Assembly (NCBI GenBank): GCA_973895155.1
Contig: OZ316898.1
Span: forward strand, 8,047,079-8,111,078
Source of the DNA: Marsupella aquatica
Taxonomy: Eukaryota > Plantae > Marchantiophyta
Length of the DNA stretch: 64,000 nt
Reading direction: 5' to 3'
Part shown: piece by piece, positions 15,299 to 28,754 of the stretch
Position numbering within the stretch: position 1 is the first letter of the stretch
How the letters are laid out: the number at the start of each line of letters is the position of its first letter
Made by a program: the position numbers and the translations under genes
Notes under the pieces: model-generated
The model's input: only the letters and a program-made list of their open reading frames with translations
What the model was told of the DNA's origin: nothing
Databases searched by the model: none

Positions 15299-15810
15299 TG
15301 AGAATGAAGGGTTTAGGGTACCTTTTCTACCCGTTTGCCGTGGAGGTATTTGGAGCGCTGCACCCGACTTTTGACCATTTCTTGCGCTCATGTGCGGTTC
15401 ATTATGTCGAGCGGCGGCCTTATCCACCCATCTCTGTTATCACAGCTTTTTTTAGACAGCGGGTGTCCATTGCACTTCAGCGAGCACAGGCCTTCACTAT
15501 CCTTCGTAGAGGAGAGGCGGTTGGAGTCAGGGCATCTAGTCGGATTCCATTGCTTGACCCCCCTATGCAGTTCACGATGGAGCTTTATCAGGCCCTTCAC
15601 TTTGCCGTTGGGTAGTCTTTAGGTTTGTGGGTCCTTTGTTCTCCTTGGGCTGGGCTTGTGCCTGGTCTTTTTTGTTTTTGCTCTTTGGCCTTTTGGCCTT
15701 TTTTCTTGTTTTCCCTTGATTGGGTTTTTTGGCCTGTGGGATCCTGTCTCCCAGTTGTGCGCCTCCTGCTCTTTGGCAGTCTGGTATATGTTTAGGGTGG
15801 TATAATCCAA
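15298..15810 (+). mobile_element. 5'-truncated CRE-clade non-LTR retrotransposon (end of restriction-like endonuclease domain plus T-rich 3' UTR)
   Basis: ORF 15298-15615 reads FYPFAVEVFGAL...FL...A...FRQRVSIALQRAQAFTILRR, the typical CRE C-terminus (F-P-A-E--G ... R-S-ALQR--A). A T-rich tail follows. The 3' end is approximate. Confidence 0.7.
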
Positions 15811-16537
15811 ATGACAAGTCCTTGCATGGAATACTTTCTTTTGGGAAATGCACAAGTTAGGACTCTGCCTGTTTGGTTCAGCTTGTGACCAATCAAGAAG
15901 GAAAATCTCCTAAGTACTAACTAGGCCCCCTGACCAAGGGAGTGGTCACAAAGTTTGACCCACATTACACGCCTAGATGTGTTAAAATGATGGGTCATTG
16001 TACTGTGCAGATCAGAATCACATTTCAAAGGTAGTTTCCTGCTAAGGGCATGGGGCACAGGCAAGGCTGCAAGGGGATGAGAGGTGGGGTGTTGTGCAAT
16101 GAGGGGGGGGAGGGAGGCTTCTCTTGCTTTTGATTTGGTGAGGTGGGGGAATGGGGTTTTCGAGGTAGGGGTGAGGGCATGGGTTCCTCCCCGGCAGACG
16201 ACCAACACAACAATCACAGAAAAGAAAGCCGCTTCCTTCCCCACCCCAAGTCATAAAACAAAAAGCCTCTCTGCTCCCTTCCTCCCCTCCCTCATTGCAC
16301 GCCACCCCAACCCCGCCACTCTTCGCCCTTGCCCGGTTCAACAGGCTCCTACTATGCCACACAGTACAACATATCACAAAGCAGTAGTTTTCCACTAAGA
16401 GTCTCAACTACTGCAAGCTCAACAAGAGGCCAAAGATCTTGAACCACTTCTTGCAAGTTTGTGGATGCTACATCTTTGTCACCTGAGAACAGTCTAACTA
16501 AAATAACTTAGTTGTCATAATTATTCTACAAACAAAC

Positions 16538-16583
16538 TTCAAGGGGGCCTTGTGAGCCTGTTCAAGGGGGCCTTGTGAGCCTG
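16538..16583. repeat. 23-bp tandem duplication
   Basis: TTCAAGGGGGCCTTGTGAGCCTG twice, exact. Confidence 0.9.
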
Positions 16584-18866
16584 TTTTTTTCTCTGGCCAT
16601 GGGCTCACAAGGTCATGGATGGTTAGACATCACCTAAACTGTTTAGCTTGCTAGTGTTGGTTGGTACTTAAATGTAGCATGTGATTTGGTTAGCTAGAGA
16701 AAAATTTAACCATGGTTACAAGTTGCAAAAGTTAGACTATTAGAGAGGCCCATATCCTAGAGGAGCACTCCATTATGCTCACACTAGAGATAAGTCTTCA
16801 GGAATTGAAGATTGGAGAGAGAGAAGAGGATTGTGTTGTAAAGCAGGCTAGGGGGATATGCAGTGTTAGTATATATATATAATGGAATTTTCCCGGTCGC
16901 GGATGTAGCCTAGACAGGGTGAACCATGTATCAATTATAAGTTGTACACTGGTTTCATGAGGCGTCGTGCTGTCCGATATTATCTCAGGTAATTGAGGGT
17001 ACATACATGAACCATGCGGTATTGAATTCACTTACTGACGAATCTAAGAACTTTAACCCCCCCCCCCCCCCCCCCCCCCCTCTAATCACTCTGGGAAGTC
17101 CAAAGACCTTAATTATAAGATTGAGTCATTCCCATAGGGATGACCTTCAAATGAATACTTTAACCTGCTGGCAAACAGTAGGTACATAAGGCACCCTCCA
17201 CTTTTAATAGTTTCCACACAAAGTTAATTCTTCATTTGTTTAATCTGGCATTTTCTTGGGCACTCTATCATACTTGTGCAAAGACTCCAATACATGGTCC
17301 TTAGTCTCCTTTTTGTCATGCTTCCTAGGCTTTTGTTCTCCACACTTGTTTGGCTCTTCATCACTGGGACTCTACTTTGGGGTTCTATGTACATTTGCAT
17401 GCAGTGGAGGATGTTACTTAGTTACCTTCTAACCACATGCATGCTAATGTATATGGCATCCACTTTCCAAACCTCACCAAACCCTCTCTAACTCAACCTC
17501 TTGTCTCAAAGTTTTGCTTCCCAGTTTGCCTTTTCAAATGCTGAACTCGTCTTCCTCAAGCCAAATGTACAGTACATGATATTTAGTGCAATCATCTTTC
17601 ATTTTTTATTTGAAATTATTGTGCTCCACTTCTGAAGATTACCCCTCTACAAATGGCTTTGTCCTGTTATATCTATGTGAGGAAAATTGTTTTATTGATT
17701 TTATTGGGGGATAACTAATTTGGAGACCGAATAAAAACCTGAGAAAGTTGATACTAAAGGATCAGTTCGGGTCAAGACTCTGGAAACCCAAACGTTTTTA
17801 AACACCCAAAAAAATGAGCACTAGTCATTTCAAAGTGGTCTATGCGCCTTTCACACTCTATCCAAACAGCTTAGTTGTCAAAAGTTGTAATCAATGGGAC
17901 CATTGTTTCTCAAAATCTTGAGCTGAACTTGGAAGCATAGCTTCTCTACCCCTCTAGATGTTTGTTTATCTAGGAGAATTGCACCCCTCAGTTCCTTTCA
18001 CAAGCTTTCTTTGTGGAAGGAGAAGGCAAATGAGCCCCATCAACTCAAAGGCAGGACCAAAATGCCTTGGAAGAGCACAATGAGTTCAAAATAAGGAAGA
18101 AGGAAGGAAGCCCGCTTGAGTGAAAGAAGCAGGGAAAACATGCTTATGGGAAAAGGAAGCAGGATGAGAACCAGCTAAATAATGAAGGTGAAGCTAGAAA
18201 CTCGTGTAAGAACTCCATTCATGTTTGGTCACTTGCTTCATGACATTTCTGTCCCTAGGTGGGTGACCTTGGCCCGGGTTCCATCTCATCACCCATGTCC
18301 ACTGCTTGTTTGAATTTATTTGGTGCAATATCACCTTTTATTGAAGATACAAATAAAATACATTGAACTAAATAACACCCCCCCCCCCCCTTACATTTAT
18401 GTGTGGTTTTACTTTCACATAAATAACATATTCAATTTATTATATTGCATTTTTCTTTGTCTGAATCCATGCTTTGCACTTTTCTGCCATCCTTGCCAAT
18501 ACTAGGTAAGCACATTAACTATAGTTAACTTGAAACAATCCAACAGTCAACATCCAACCACTTTTCACTAAGTATGAGATGGCCATCAGATGATGAAAGC
18601 TGACAGGATGGCAACTCTTTGATTGTTCCTGTTGGATGGCTCCAAGTTAACCAGAGTTACTTTGCCTCACAAGAGGTGAAAAAACGCCAGCATAGTAATT
18701 GATTAGACCAAAAAAATGGCAAAGTCTCGAATCTCACGTAATTTTTGTATGGAATACAGGTTCCCTCATTGTATGTAATCACTTGCAATTCCAATAGTCT
18801 TTTGCCCTGAACTTCATGATCAGTTAGCCTTTTCCAGACAATAATTACATACTATAGAGGAGATCT

Positions 18867-19098
18867 GGGCAGGGGTTTTAGCCACACTTACAGTATTTAG
18901 TCTCACACACTTTATTTAGTGTGAGTTTATATTTGGGGGTGGGTGATTGTAATTAGTGTGCAAGACACTAGCATGGGATAGTGTCACTTGCTTGAAAATA
19001 GTGTTACTTGTAGGAAAATTCAAGGGCCCCCAATTAGTGTGTGTGACACTAATTGTTTAGTGACACTAAATAGTGTAAAGAGTGTAGTAACGCTGCCC
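18867..19098. mobile_element. possible MITE
   Basis: Imperfect inverted ends GGGCAGGGGTTTTAGCCACACT ... AGTGTAGTAACGCTGCCC, many internal TAGTGT/ACACTA motifs and a hairpin CAATTAGTGTGTGTGACACTAATTG. No clear TSD. Confidence 0.35.
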
Positions 19099-19569
19099 CG
19101 GGAATGGTCAAAAAAAGTTTCCCAGTTACCACCACTCAACTCAGCTTTTCGTCACTTTACAGAGTTACACAGTCTTTATCCCATACAAAAATGAGTGTCA
19201 CTATACTAAGTCTCGCAAAATTCCAGTCCCCTAACATTGTGTGCTGTTTTACTTGGACCGGAAGTAATGCGAAAAGCACTGCAGATTGTGAGCCACTAGT
19301 ACATTTCGGAGCATTTCGTCGACGAGATGGCGAGGCGACTAAAGTGGCCACCGTCGTCGTCATCACCACTTTGCCCTCAGGAGGAAGTAATACGGTAGTG
19401 TGGTCTCGTCTAGTGTGTAGTCCAGTGCAGCGCAGGGCAGCGCAGGGCAGTGCGTGCGGGTTTTGCTTCTGTCTTCAGGACCATTACTTCGTGGAGTTCA
19501 GCTCCTTATCCACAGAGCGCTTCGTTACCGGAGCATCGGCAGTCCCGAATCCTGGGATCCGCCATTGTT

Positions 19570-19607
19570 TACTGCTACTGCTACTGCTACTGCTACTGCT
19601 ACTACTG
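19570..19607. repeat. (TACTGC)n microsatellite upstream of the At5g03900-like gene
   Basis: Five perfect units plus a degenerate end. Confidence 0.9.
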
Positions 19608-20479
19608 TGTGCTTCATCGTAGGTCATTTCGATTTACGATTTCAGAGAGGGCAGGGCGTGGACTGAGCGCTCGTCTGTCCTTCACTGCTCCTGCCACTCA
19701 CCGACTGATTGATGAGGTCGGCGACCTCTTGTTAAGGATTTTGATTGTCGAAGCCGGGAGATTGGTAGCTGATGGAATTTGAGTGACAACGCTTTCTGGC
19801 AGGGCAGGCTGAAAGGACTGAGCTGCTCCTCTGTGCTCTATCGTGCTAGTTCCTGCCACGCACCGACTGATTGAGGTCGAATTCGTGTGAAGGATTTCGA
19901 TTTTCGAAGCCGGAGATTTGCAGCTGATGAGAATTGAGGGACGTCGAGCTTCCCGCATGCAGAGGTGTTGCGGACCCCAAATCTGTACAAATGCCGTTCA
20001 TTGTGGTGCGAGGCAAATTGCTCAGTGGAGATTTGTATTTGGGAATGCGGAAATGGTTTTGTTGCGAGGATTGTATTCAATTATCGTGAGCGATGAAAAT
20101 TCATAGTGAAGCTCGAGATTGCTTGAGGAGGGTTGGTTTATTGAATGAGTAGTTCAGTGGTTTCTTTATCTCGACTTGTCTTGGAAGACATGGTCGTGAC
20201 TTGAGTAATTCCTGCTAAAGCTTACCCGAAAGCAGGGGAATGGTTTTCTTACACTCTGCTACAATTTGTCTCGTTATGTCTCAGGTCGTGTGTAATTTGT
20301 GCGTGGAAATTGAACGGCTTACAGAGTTTTGAAGCGTTCCTCTTGCGCTCCCGGCGCAATCTTGAGGTCTCCCTCCCCTTAGGTAGTTCACCATAGGTGG
20401 CGATTATTTATGTCCCGAGAACTTCCTGTAAGACCGAAGCCTCTCCGGCCTTAGGCTGAAATTAGAGCACGGAGCTCCC

Positions 20480-23400
20480 ATGGGTACCCGGTGTCTAGTT
20501 TACAGTGGGAATCTAAATCCGAATTGTTGCCCAGGATATGCTTCCCTCCAAGGAAAGTCCGAGTTGTACAGAAAACCTTCTCGTGTGGCATTCGCGCATT
20601 CCGTTAGATCCCTTAATTCATCCCCGAGGCTTCTGTCGGCGACGAGGATTGGAGTGCATCTGCCTCTACCAAGAACTAGGGCGTTTCCCGACTTGCCTTT
20701 GAACAGAGATTTTGTCTCGAATCCCTCTCCACCATTTAGACGAAGAGAGACGAGATGCAGAGCCGAGGCGGGCCAAAGTTTTCAATCTGCTTTGAAGCTC
20801 ACAAAAACGATACAGACAGATTCATTACCGCCCTCTGTCCGGGACAGCACAATGAGGGCAATTGACGAGCTCGGAAGGAGAGTGACAAATGGTGACGTTG
20901 CCTCTCGAGCGGGTCTCAAGGTCACTCAAGCCGAAAGCGCACTTCAGGCACTTGCAGCAGACTCTGAAGGATACTTGGAGGTGCATTATTGATATGTCCT
21001 ACTTCAACCTTTAGGGTTCTGCTCTTCTCAACGATTGTGCTGCAATTAAGCTTGATCATGACATCTTAGCACCTACTTCATGGATTTGCCACGAAATCGT
21101 TTTGTTCTGGGCAGTTTCAAGTTTTCTAAACTGCATTTATTATTTCAGGTGTCGGATGAAGGGGACGTGCTTTATGTGTTTCCAAGGGATTATCGGTCAA
21201 ATCTTACTGCTAAATCCCTCCGGCTGAAAATTGAGCCAACACTAAACAAACTTCAGGTAGCAATCCATTTTTAGAGACGAGTTGCATTTCTGTTTACGAA
21301 TTGAGTTGCGTGGTTCGTTAACTGGTTTGATGATGATTGCTTTGTTAGGCTGCCGCTGCATACTTGATGCGAATCTCGTTCGGAACTGCGTTGGTGGCGT
21401 CGATTGTGATTGTTTACAGTGCGATACTCGTTCTGCTGTCGTCCTCTCGAGGGTACTGCAATCAGATGACCAGAAGTGGAGCTTGCTGGGGTTTTTTAAT
21501 CTTGTTTTTAAGTGCAATTTATTGTGTAGGATGATAAGACGGAATAGCATTTACGCTAATTTAGGATGTTCAGCCTTCTTCTGTTAGTGTAGTGCGTATG
21601 TCATGTGAGTGACAAGTTACTTTCCAAGGATGGAATTCACTCCTGTTCTCATTGATTTGTTGTGGCAGTGATGACGATAACCGAGGGAACCGGGGAGGCT
21701 ATGGAAATCAAAGATACAACCGAGGTGGAATGACGTTCTATGTCAGCCCCATGGATTTATTCTGGTCAGTGCCGAATCTCTGGTCTCAAAGTCTTTGCAA
21801 ATGGAATGCATCATTCTTGATCGACCTGGCTACTTTTTTCTCTGGCTTGGGGAAGAGGGTTGATACTTTGCTTTCCAACTCACCGGGAATTACGGAATTG
21901 CTACAAATTTCCAAATGAAACCCTTTTCAAATCATAAGGTGGCGCAAGCTGAGATGAATGAACGGATGGATTTAAAGTTCACGTGCACTAAGGGTCAAAG
22001 ATCAACATGTACAAAATATGCTCAGATTCGGACAAGACGGAAACATTCATAGAAAATTTTAGTCTGATCCTATCATAATGGATAAGAAAGAGCTATGTTC
22101 CCAAGTCGTTGATCAGCGCATGGTCCCGTTGTATACAGTGACAGATCGAAACAGATGAGAGCTCTGGGTGAATCTTTGACCTAATTCAATGAGATGTAGA
22201 AAGTCGGATTCATCCGGTGACTGGATTGACCTGGGAGATGCACCTCATGGGTACCTGGTGAATTGATGTAAAGCCATCCAGCCTTGTTCTTCACGAGGAT
22301 GTGGCCCAGATGAGAAACTTTCTGCGATACTAGACTGCAGATAGCTGCTACTTTCTATCTACGCTTTGTACATCGGCGTAAGGTCGCTACTAAAGGAAGT
22401 CCCGAAGGGCGCACCTTCTAAAACCCGGAGGTGGCTCATATACTCATCAGATTCGCATTCCGCTGAGCCCAAGTGGAGAACAGAGAATCATTGATCGTCG
22501 TCAGCATCGTTTAAGGCTGGCGGCAAAGCCATTTTCAGGGCCATTACAAATGACCCCTTTTCGCGTCTTTGGATCCATCTTGCTTTCAGAACTCCACACG
22601 CAGCCGGATCCACTTGGATCACCTGTGTAGACCTGCTTTGGTGAAGTCGATTGAAGCTCTTCCCTACGGGGATCATTGCAATATTTCAGGTCGAGGCAGG
22701 CACATCGATGGTTGCTGGAATCTCTTGACTCCAATCGTCGAAGATCATTGATTCAGGAATTGATGGGGCGATTTCTGTCTATAATGCAACAATATGTACA
22801 ACTGTCTCTCCCGGTAGTCTCTTGAGCAAAACTCGTCCGGGAGAAGCCTCGCCGTACCCATAATTCAGTAAGATAGATTGGAAATCCACTCTACTCAGTC
22901 GCGGACCATGAGGCACTTATTGTTGACTGAGCGGTTCTTGTTTTTCATGAATCTTGAAAGACAGTCGGACACTACAGTGCAAGCATCTCTTCCCTTCTTC
23001 ATGCTCTGTGATCCCCGCGGAGTTTTTTTTCGAAGAGGAGCAACGCTTCAAACCACGAGTAAGTAGCTGAGGACTCTGTCGTGGAGCAATCTCTTTTTAT
23101 ACGAGTGTATTGACTCTGAAGAATACTGGGAAGCAAGACTATTGGACCAGGAGCTTTGCCACCTCGCCTCTTCATTGAACAGGTCCTCCAGTTGGTTCCT
23201 AAATCTAAACAATAGTGGACTGGCCATGCTGACTGGGTTTTCTTCACTGTTTTTAGGAGGCAAGAGCCGTGGCCGAGGCCCATAACGTCGCAGTGGTTGG
23301 GCGTGTTAGAATAATTTGATTGTTGACTGATTGCCGCCTACACTCCCATATTCGTACGTGCCTTCAGGAGTGTACACTGATTGCCAAATAGCGATTTTAC

Positions 23401-26400
23401 AGTGAACCTTTTAGGTTTATATTTGACTAGAATTCTTACCTGTTAGGGTGTTGGTCGTCGATTAGATCTTCCGTCCGCAAGTGTTGGCCAGTGTGGATTA
23501 CCATATGGCTGAACTCGTCGATAAGTTCTGGGTTAAGATTGGAAGCACGGATTTCTGTTTGAACTGATTGAGAGTGTGAATGGAACGATTTTTTTGGTCC
23601 TTGCCAAAAGATCCCTTGTTTTGCGAGAACAGAGGAACCTGGAAGCTGGGAAATTTAAGGCATTTGTGTCGTTGGTTTAGTGGTTGCCTTTTGATTAAAT
23701 GAGATTTGGTAGGGATTTTTGAATGGTCCTGTGGAGCAGTCGTGGGGTTACGTCAAAATCTGGTTAGCAAAATTCTGACACGAGGATGCTACCGAAGATG
23801 ACTCAACCGCGTGATTTTTTTCAGCCTGCTGAATTGGGTGTGAGATCTCCATACCCGTAGAGAGGTCGCTTTTATAGAAGAGAAGAGGCAGATTCTCAGG
23901 TCACACCGCTGAACATGAAGCCAACCACTAATTTACGTATGCAGCTAGTTCTCACATTCACCTGGTATTCGGTTTGACAGTGTCCTATGAGTAGAGTCAA
24001 GATTGGCTTGTCTTAATTCAACGGATGTGGGATAATGTTAAAGAAAACTGACTGGTCCGCTAACCTGATGGCCACTTGTCAATGCTTTACGGGATGTGAA
24101 GGAGACTCGTTTGTCCCAACAATCGTCTGTTAGTGTTCGTTCTTCCCATATGATAACATCTCATATTCAGTGGTTATTAAGGGTGTGCTTCTTATGTTGG
24201 TTTCGGTGATATTGCAGGTTTTGGGACCCATACTACAACCGTAGACCAAGGCCAGCCTCAAAGCAAGGTGGAATGAATTTTTTTGAATCGGTATAGAATT
24301 TCACCTAGTCTCAAAATTTGGTTCGCTCTTTGTTGTGGTTGTTTGTCCCCAGTTTTTCCGACGGGCTTGCAGATCTCACCTGTTCTGTGATACTGAATTC
24401 CCACTACTGTGGTGTTTCCTAAGTTTCTTCACATCGGACCGTCTCCTGTTTCCAACAGGTCTTTTCTTTTGTGTTTGGAGATGGTGATCCCAATGATAGT
24501 CTTGAGGAACGGCGATGGAAATTGGTAAGACCTTTGATTTTGAAAGTGACGTTTTCAAGCTGCTGATATTTGGTCAGAAAGCAGCTGAATTTTGATTCGT
24601 CCCGTAAAACCTATGCTGTTATCTAGAGTAGTGATCTTATGCGGAACAAATATCTGTAACAGATTGGGGATCTCATTGCTAGCAAGGGAGGTGTAGTTAC
24701 GAGAGAAGAGCTGGCCCCGTTTTTGGATGTTCCACCTATCTCGGACGAGAATCAGGTTTTTTCCCAACTCTGTTGAAAAGAGACTCATTAGATTTATTCT
24801 GATGTTGTCATTTTGTGTGTCACTGGACTTTCTACATTTTGGTGTGTCACTGGAAAGTTGTAGAAAGTCCAGTGACTCTAATAGTAGAAAGTCCAGTGAT
24901 CGCCGAGGCCATATTGATTTCACTATATGCAATTAGTCAGTGTAAAGGAGTCACAAAGGATATTTGTCATACGTTCTGATCTTTGTCAAGAATCACTTCC
25001 AGATACTGGAAAACGGGCTGCGTCCCTGAACTTTTAGTACGCAGATTAATGCTTCTTGTTATATCTATGATCTGAATGATAGGGTAGATTGATGTCCATA
25101 CACCCTGCTTTATCTTCTGTCAAAATCTAGATGTGAGTAGGATATCTGATATGAAAGCGATTGGTTGGAGTTCAAAGACCTGACCTGAAAGTTCTGTACT
25201 GAACTGTGTTTCTCACAGACAGATGAATCATTTGTGCTTCCAGTCCTTCTACGGTTTGATGGCTATCCAGAGGTTGACAAGAAGGTATGGTGGATAGATG
25301 AGAGAATTTTTTATGCACTTGCACACCAGGTGTGCTAATCTGTTTGGTTAGTCCTTTGGTTAGGCTCTACTTCGTCAGATATTCTGACTGGTAGTGATCA
25401 TGTTAAAGTACTGTTACTGACTAAATCAGGTGGTGTGCAATTGAGTTGGTTGTTGTTAGTAGTGCAAGGACGGCAGCTGTGTTGTGCATTTGGACTTGAT
25501 GATCATGTTCTTATGAGATAAGATCTACACGGAAATAATGTAGCTATCAAAAGATGAGCAAGTGGCTTAGCTGTAGAGTAGCGCTTTATCCATTGATGAA
25601 CTCATGCTTCGACTTCTTAGTGCAGGGAAATATTCTTTATCGATTCCCTTCATTGCAACGAACAGCTAATGACTGGATAGGACAAAGAAAAGAAGTTTCG
25701 GACGAAAGTTATTACTTAGCAGAGCGCCGCTGGAATTTCAGGTAGATTCTTAGTTGCCTGTATTTAAGATGTTGGGATCTCTGCTCGTTTGAATTTATCG
25801 AACATACAAATTGATGTCGTAGTTAATCCAGCATTTGAAGAGATGTGAGCAATATTAGTCTAGGTTGATTTTCATGATCAGCTATCCTGTACTTGGGTGA
25901 TGATTCCACTGCTATGATTGCAGTAAGGCGAGTAAAATGAATCAAGCGCTTGTACTAGGACTTGGCGGAATCAATTTTCTGGGAATCATTGTACTTGGCG
26001 GTATGCTGAGGTTAGTTTCCGATTGATATCATATTCCCTCCAAGTCTTCGTTCTTGGAATTCTGTAAACCTTAAGATTATTGCAATGAAAATTCCAACCG
26101 CAGATTCAGCAATTTCGATTCTTTGACATCAGGGACACGAATATTTTGGGACAACTGAGTGGAACTGGACTGGTTCCCTTTGCAGCCACGCTCTTGCCAT
26201 GGCTACAGGTATGTGAGAGTCAAATCTGTTAATATTTTGAGCTCTTGGCCTGTTCTGAGCTTTTGTCCAGTGACGTTGCAGCAAAAGCTTTTTGAGTTGA
26301 AATCAGTTGCGCCACAAATAATAACCTCCAGTCCATGCTTTTTATGTCACCTTTTCACTTCCCTAAGGTTTTGTCTATTAGATGTCATTGTAAGCCACCG

Positions 26401-27173
26401 GGTTGATTCTTCATTGTATGCAAAATTCAGGCCTACACAGCATCATTTTTTGCTATCCCTGCTTTTCGATGGCTATTGATTCAACGGAGAAACAATGAGA
26501 TCGAGGACCGAAACCGGGCACGGATTGGATGGGCTGTGGCCCTTCAGCGAGCAAATAAGGAACTCCTAGAAAAAGTAAGCATGCATTTTCCTACGCCTGC
26601 AATGCACAAGGTTGTGGACATTACTTTGTCTGATTCGTGGAAGCTACTCTTTTCTATAATTTGATGCATTTCTGCATGAGAATCCAACCATTTAGTGAGT
26701 TTAGTACAACCTGGGCTAGAGTTTGAACGCATATTATCCGCAAATGCTGCATCCGAAACAGCCACTGCAAGGAACAGAGCTCGCTGAGGACTCCTGGAAA
26801 TCCTGCGAAGACTGCAGAAATTTTCTTCTTAGACTCCGAAAGCATAGACCCGTCACGTTTGTAACGTGTTTGTCTGCCATTGACTGGAAGCTTTTGCATA
26901 CCACTTTGGCAATGATCAAGGTGACACGGACCTGAGCTAATTCTTACTCTCATCTGTCTTTTACACTGTTCTTTCCCCGAATTTCAAACTCTGACCGGTG
27001 GATACCTTGAAACTTTGGAAATGCAGCTTACTAGCGCACGAGAGATGGCTAAGCGAACTTTCCTTGGAAGCGATCGGATTGTTTATTCAACAGAAAAGGA
27101 TTTTTCAGAACAAAGCTATGATGCCCGTGAGTGGGATGAGCAATTGAAGAAAAGTCAATCAGGGAAGGGCTGA
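20480..27173 (+). CDS. plastid-targeted uncharacterized membrane protein, At5g03900-like, about 13 exons
   Basis: Ser/Arg-rich transit-like N-terminus, then GRRVTNGDVASRAGL...ALQALAADSEGYLE/VSDEGDVLYVFPRDYRS, YLMRISFGTALVASIVIVY, GMNFFES/VFSFVFGDGDPN..LEERRW, VTREELAPFLD, DESFVLPVLLRFDGYPEVD, GNILYRFPSLQRTA. TGA at 27171-27173. Exons approx. 20480-20980, 21149-21256, 21349-21451, 21669-21764, 24218-24290, 24459-24524, 24664-24754, 25219-25284, 25626-25741, 25924-26011, 26132-26208, 26430-26574, 27027-27173. Confidence 0.88.
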
Positions 27174-28754
27174 CTTCTTCCCTTTGGGGTTGTCATGTCC
27201 CAGTCACCAAATTTACGTTTTGATTCAAAGGTATCACTACACAGGATACCTTACGTCAAACTGGGACTCTAAGAAGTTTGTATTTATCTGCAAAACGGGC
27301 AACTGGTGTGTTACAGTTCTGTTCTTGTCAGGATCAATTTACCCAAGTGCCATGCTACCAAGTCAGGCTCGTTGTACATATAACAGTTTTGATTGCGTAC
27401 TACACCTTGTTGTCCAACGAGAGCTTCCTGAACCAACTTTGCTCCTGCCCTACTTTGTGGTCTATCTTGTATTTCGCTGTCACTCTCATTTTCTATCAGT
27501 TTGGCTTTCGTTTTGATTCGAGATATCCAGGTACTGTCCAAGTGCTTAAGACTGTCAACGTGAGCATATGTCGTTTGAGATTCTCAACTGTCAGATGGTT
27601 AATATCTGGCTCTCCATTCATTTGGACTAGCACTCAAAGGGAAAGGTGGCCTTCTTGCAGAATTTTACTTGGGGGAAATGAATGACACCCAAAGAACCAG
27701 TCTGATCCAATTGAACAATGAAGAACACGCAATACAGAATACTCATGTATGCACTTTCTTCTCATGGCAAGATATCCCAATGTGGAAAGACTAACTTCTG
27801 GGTTTGATTAATGTCAAAGATTAAATCTACACATCTTTACAACACTTCTCATGGAACCCACCTTATAGTTAGAATGAAATGATTATGATGCGACCGTTTA
27901 GATTTTATTAGGATTTACCACACCCTTCAAAAGTCCCATCAGTAATTAATGATGTCCCTTTCCAAAACAACCAGTCGTTCTTATATAATGTACAAGGTTC
28001 CCACCCATTGTCCTTAGCGAATAAAGAACAAACTGTTAAATTGCGCTGAATTCCAAGTAAACTATGTCATGAGACTCAGCTAGGATTTTCCAAAATTTTA
28101 TAGTTGATTATCACTTCCCCTCATTTGTCATTGCTACTACCGGGCATCTTGGGATCTATTGTCTTGAAACCTGAAAGTTTAGCAAGATGAGGTCTTCAAG
28201 AGATAGTTTCGTTTACCAATGCCCGAAAAAGTATACCGCCGATACCGTGACTGCAAAACTCTTCGCGTAATTTTGTTGTACCGTCCTACGTCTACAATTT
28301 GATGTCGGGTCACGAACCCCATGAATATCCATTGCATACGTGCTCGAAGTCAAATGGCTACATCTTAGGCGTAGAACCGATCCCTTACAACCTTTTAAGG
28401 ACCACAGGGTCAGCATCTATAAATATCATGTGGTTTGCCTAAATCCACACAGAATATGTTGCCCGAGAGCAGCCAGACCTGAGTACTCTTACGCATAAAA
28501 TCTCAGTGATTGAAGAACCATTACTTCACAAGACGCTCCCGAATGTAGCACTCAATAATCACTTGACGAATCCAACTAAGTGTTGGCTACCGCAACACTT
28601 AGCACCCCCATGGAAGAAAAGGTAAAATTAGGTGAAAGACAGGAAGGTCAAGAAGAACAATGTCCACCAAGAGTTACAAATTCTAATCCTCAGAATGTCG
28701 TTTTATCTACACGAAAATTGATGCGTTGGGGTACCATACCCCATACGACTGCCA

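Noticed and set aside
17057-17080. Poly-C tract (another near 18378)
   Set aside because: Simple homopolymer in degenerate intergenic DNA. The proline-rich ORF is an artefact.
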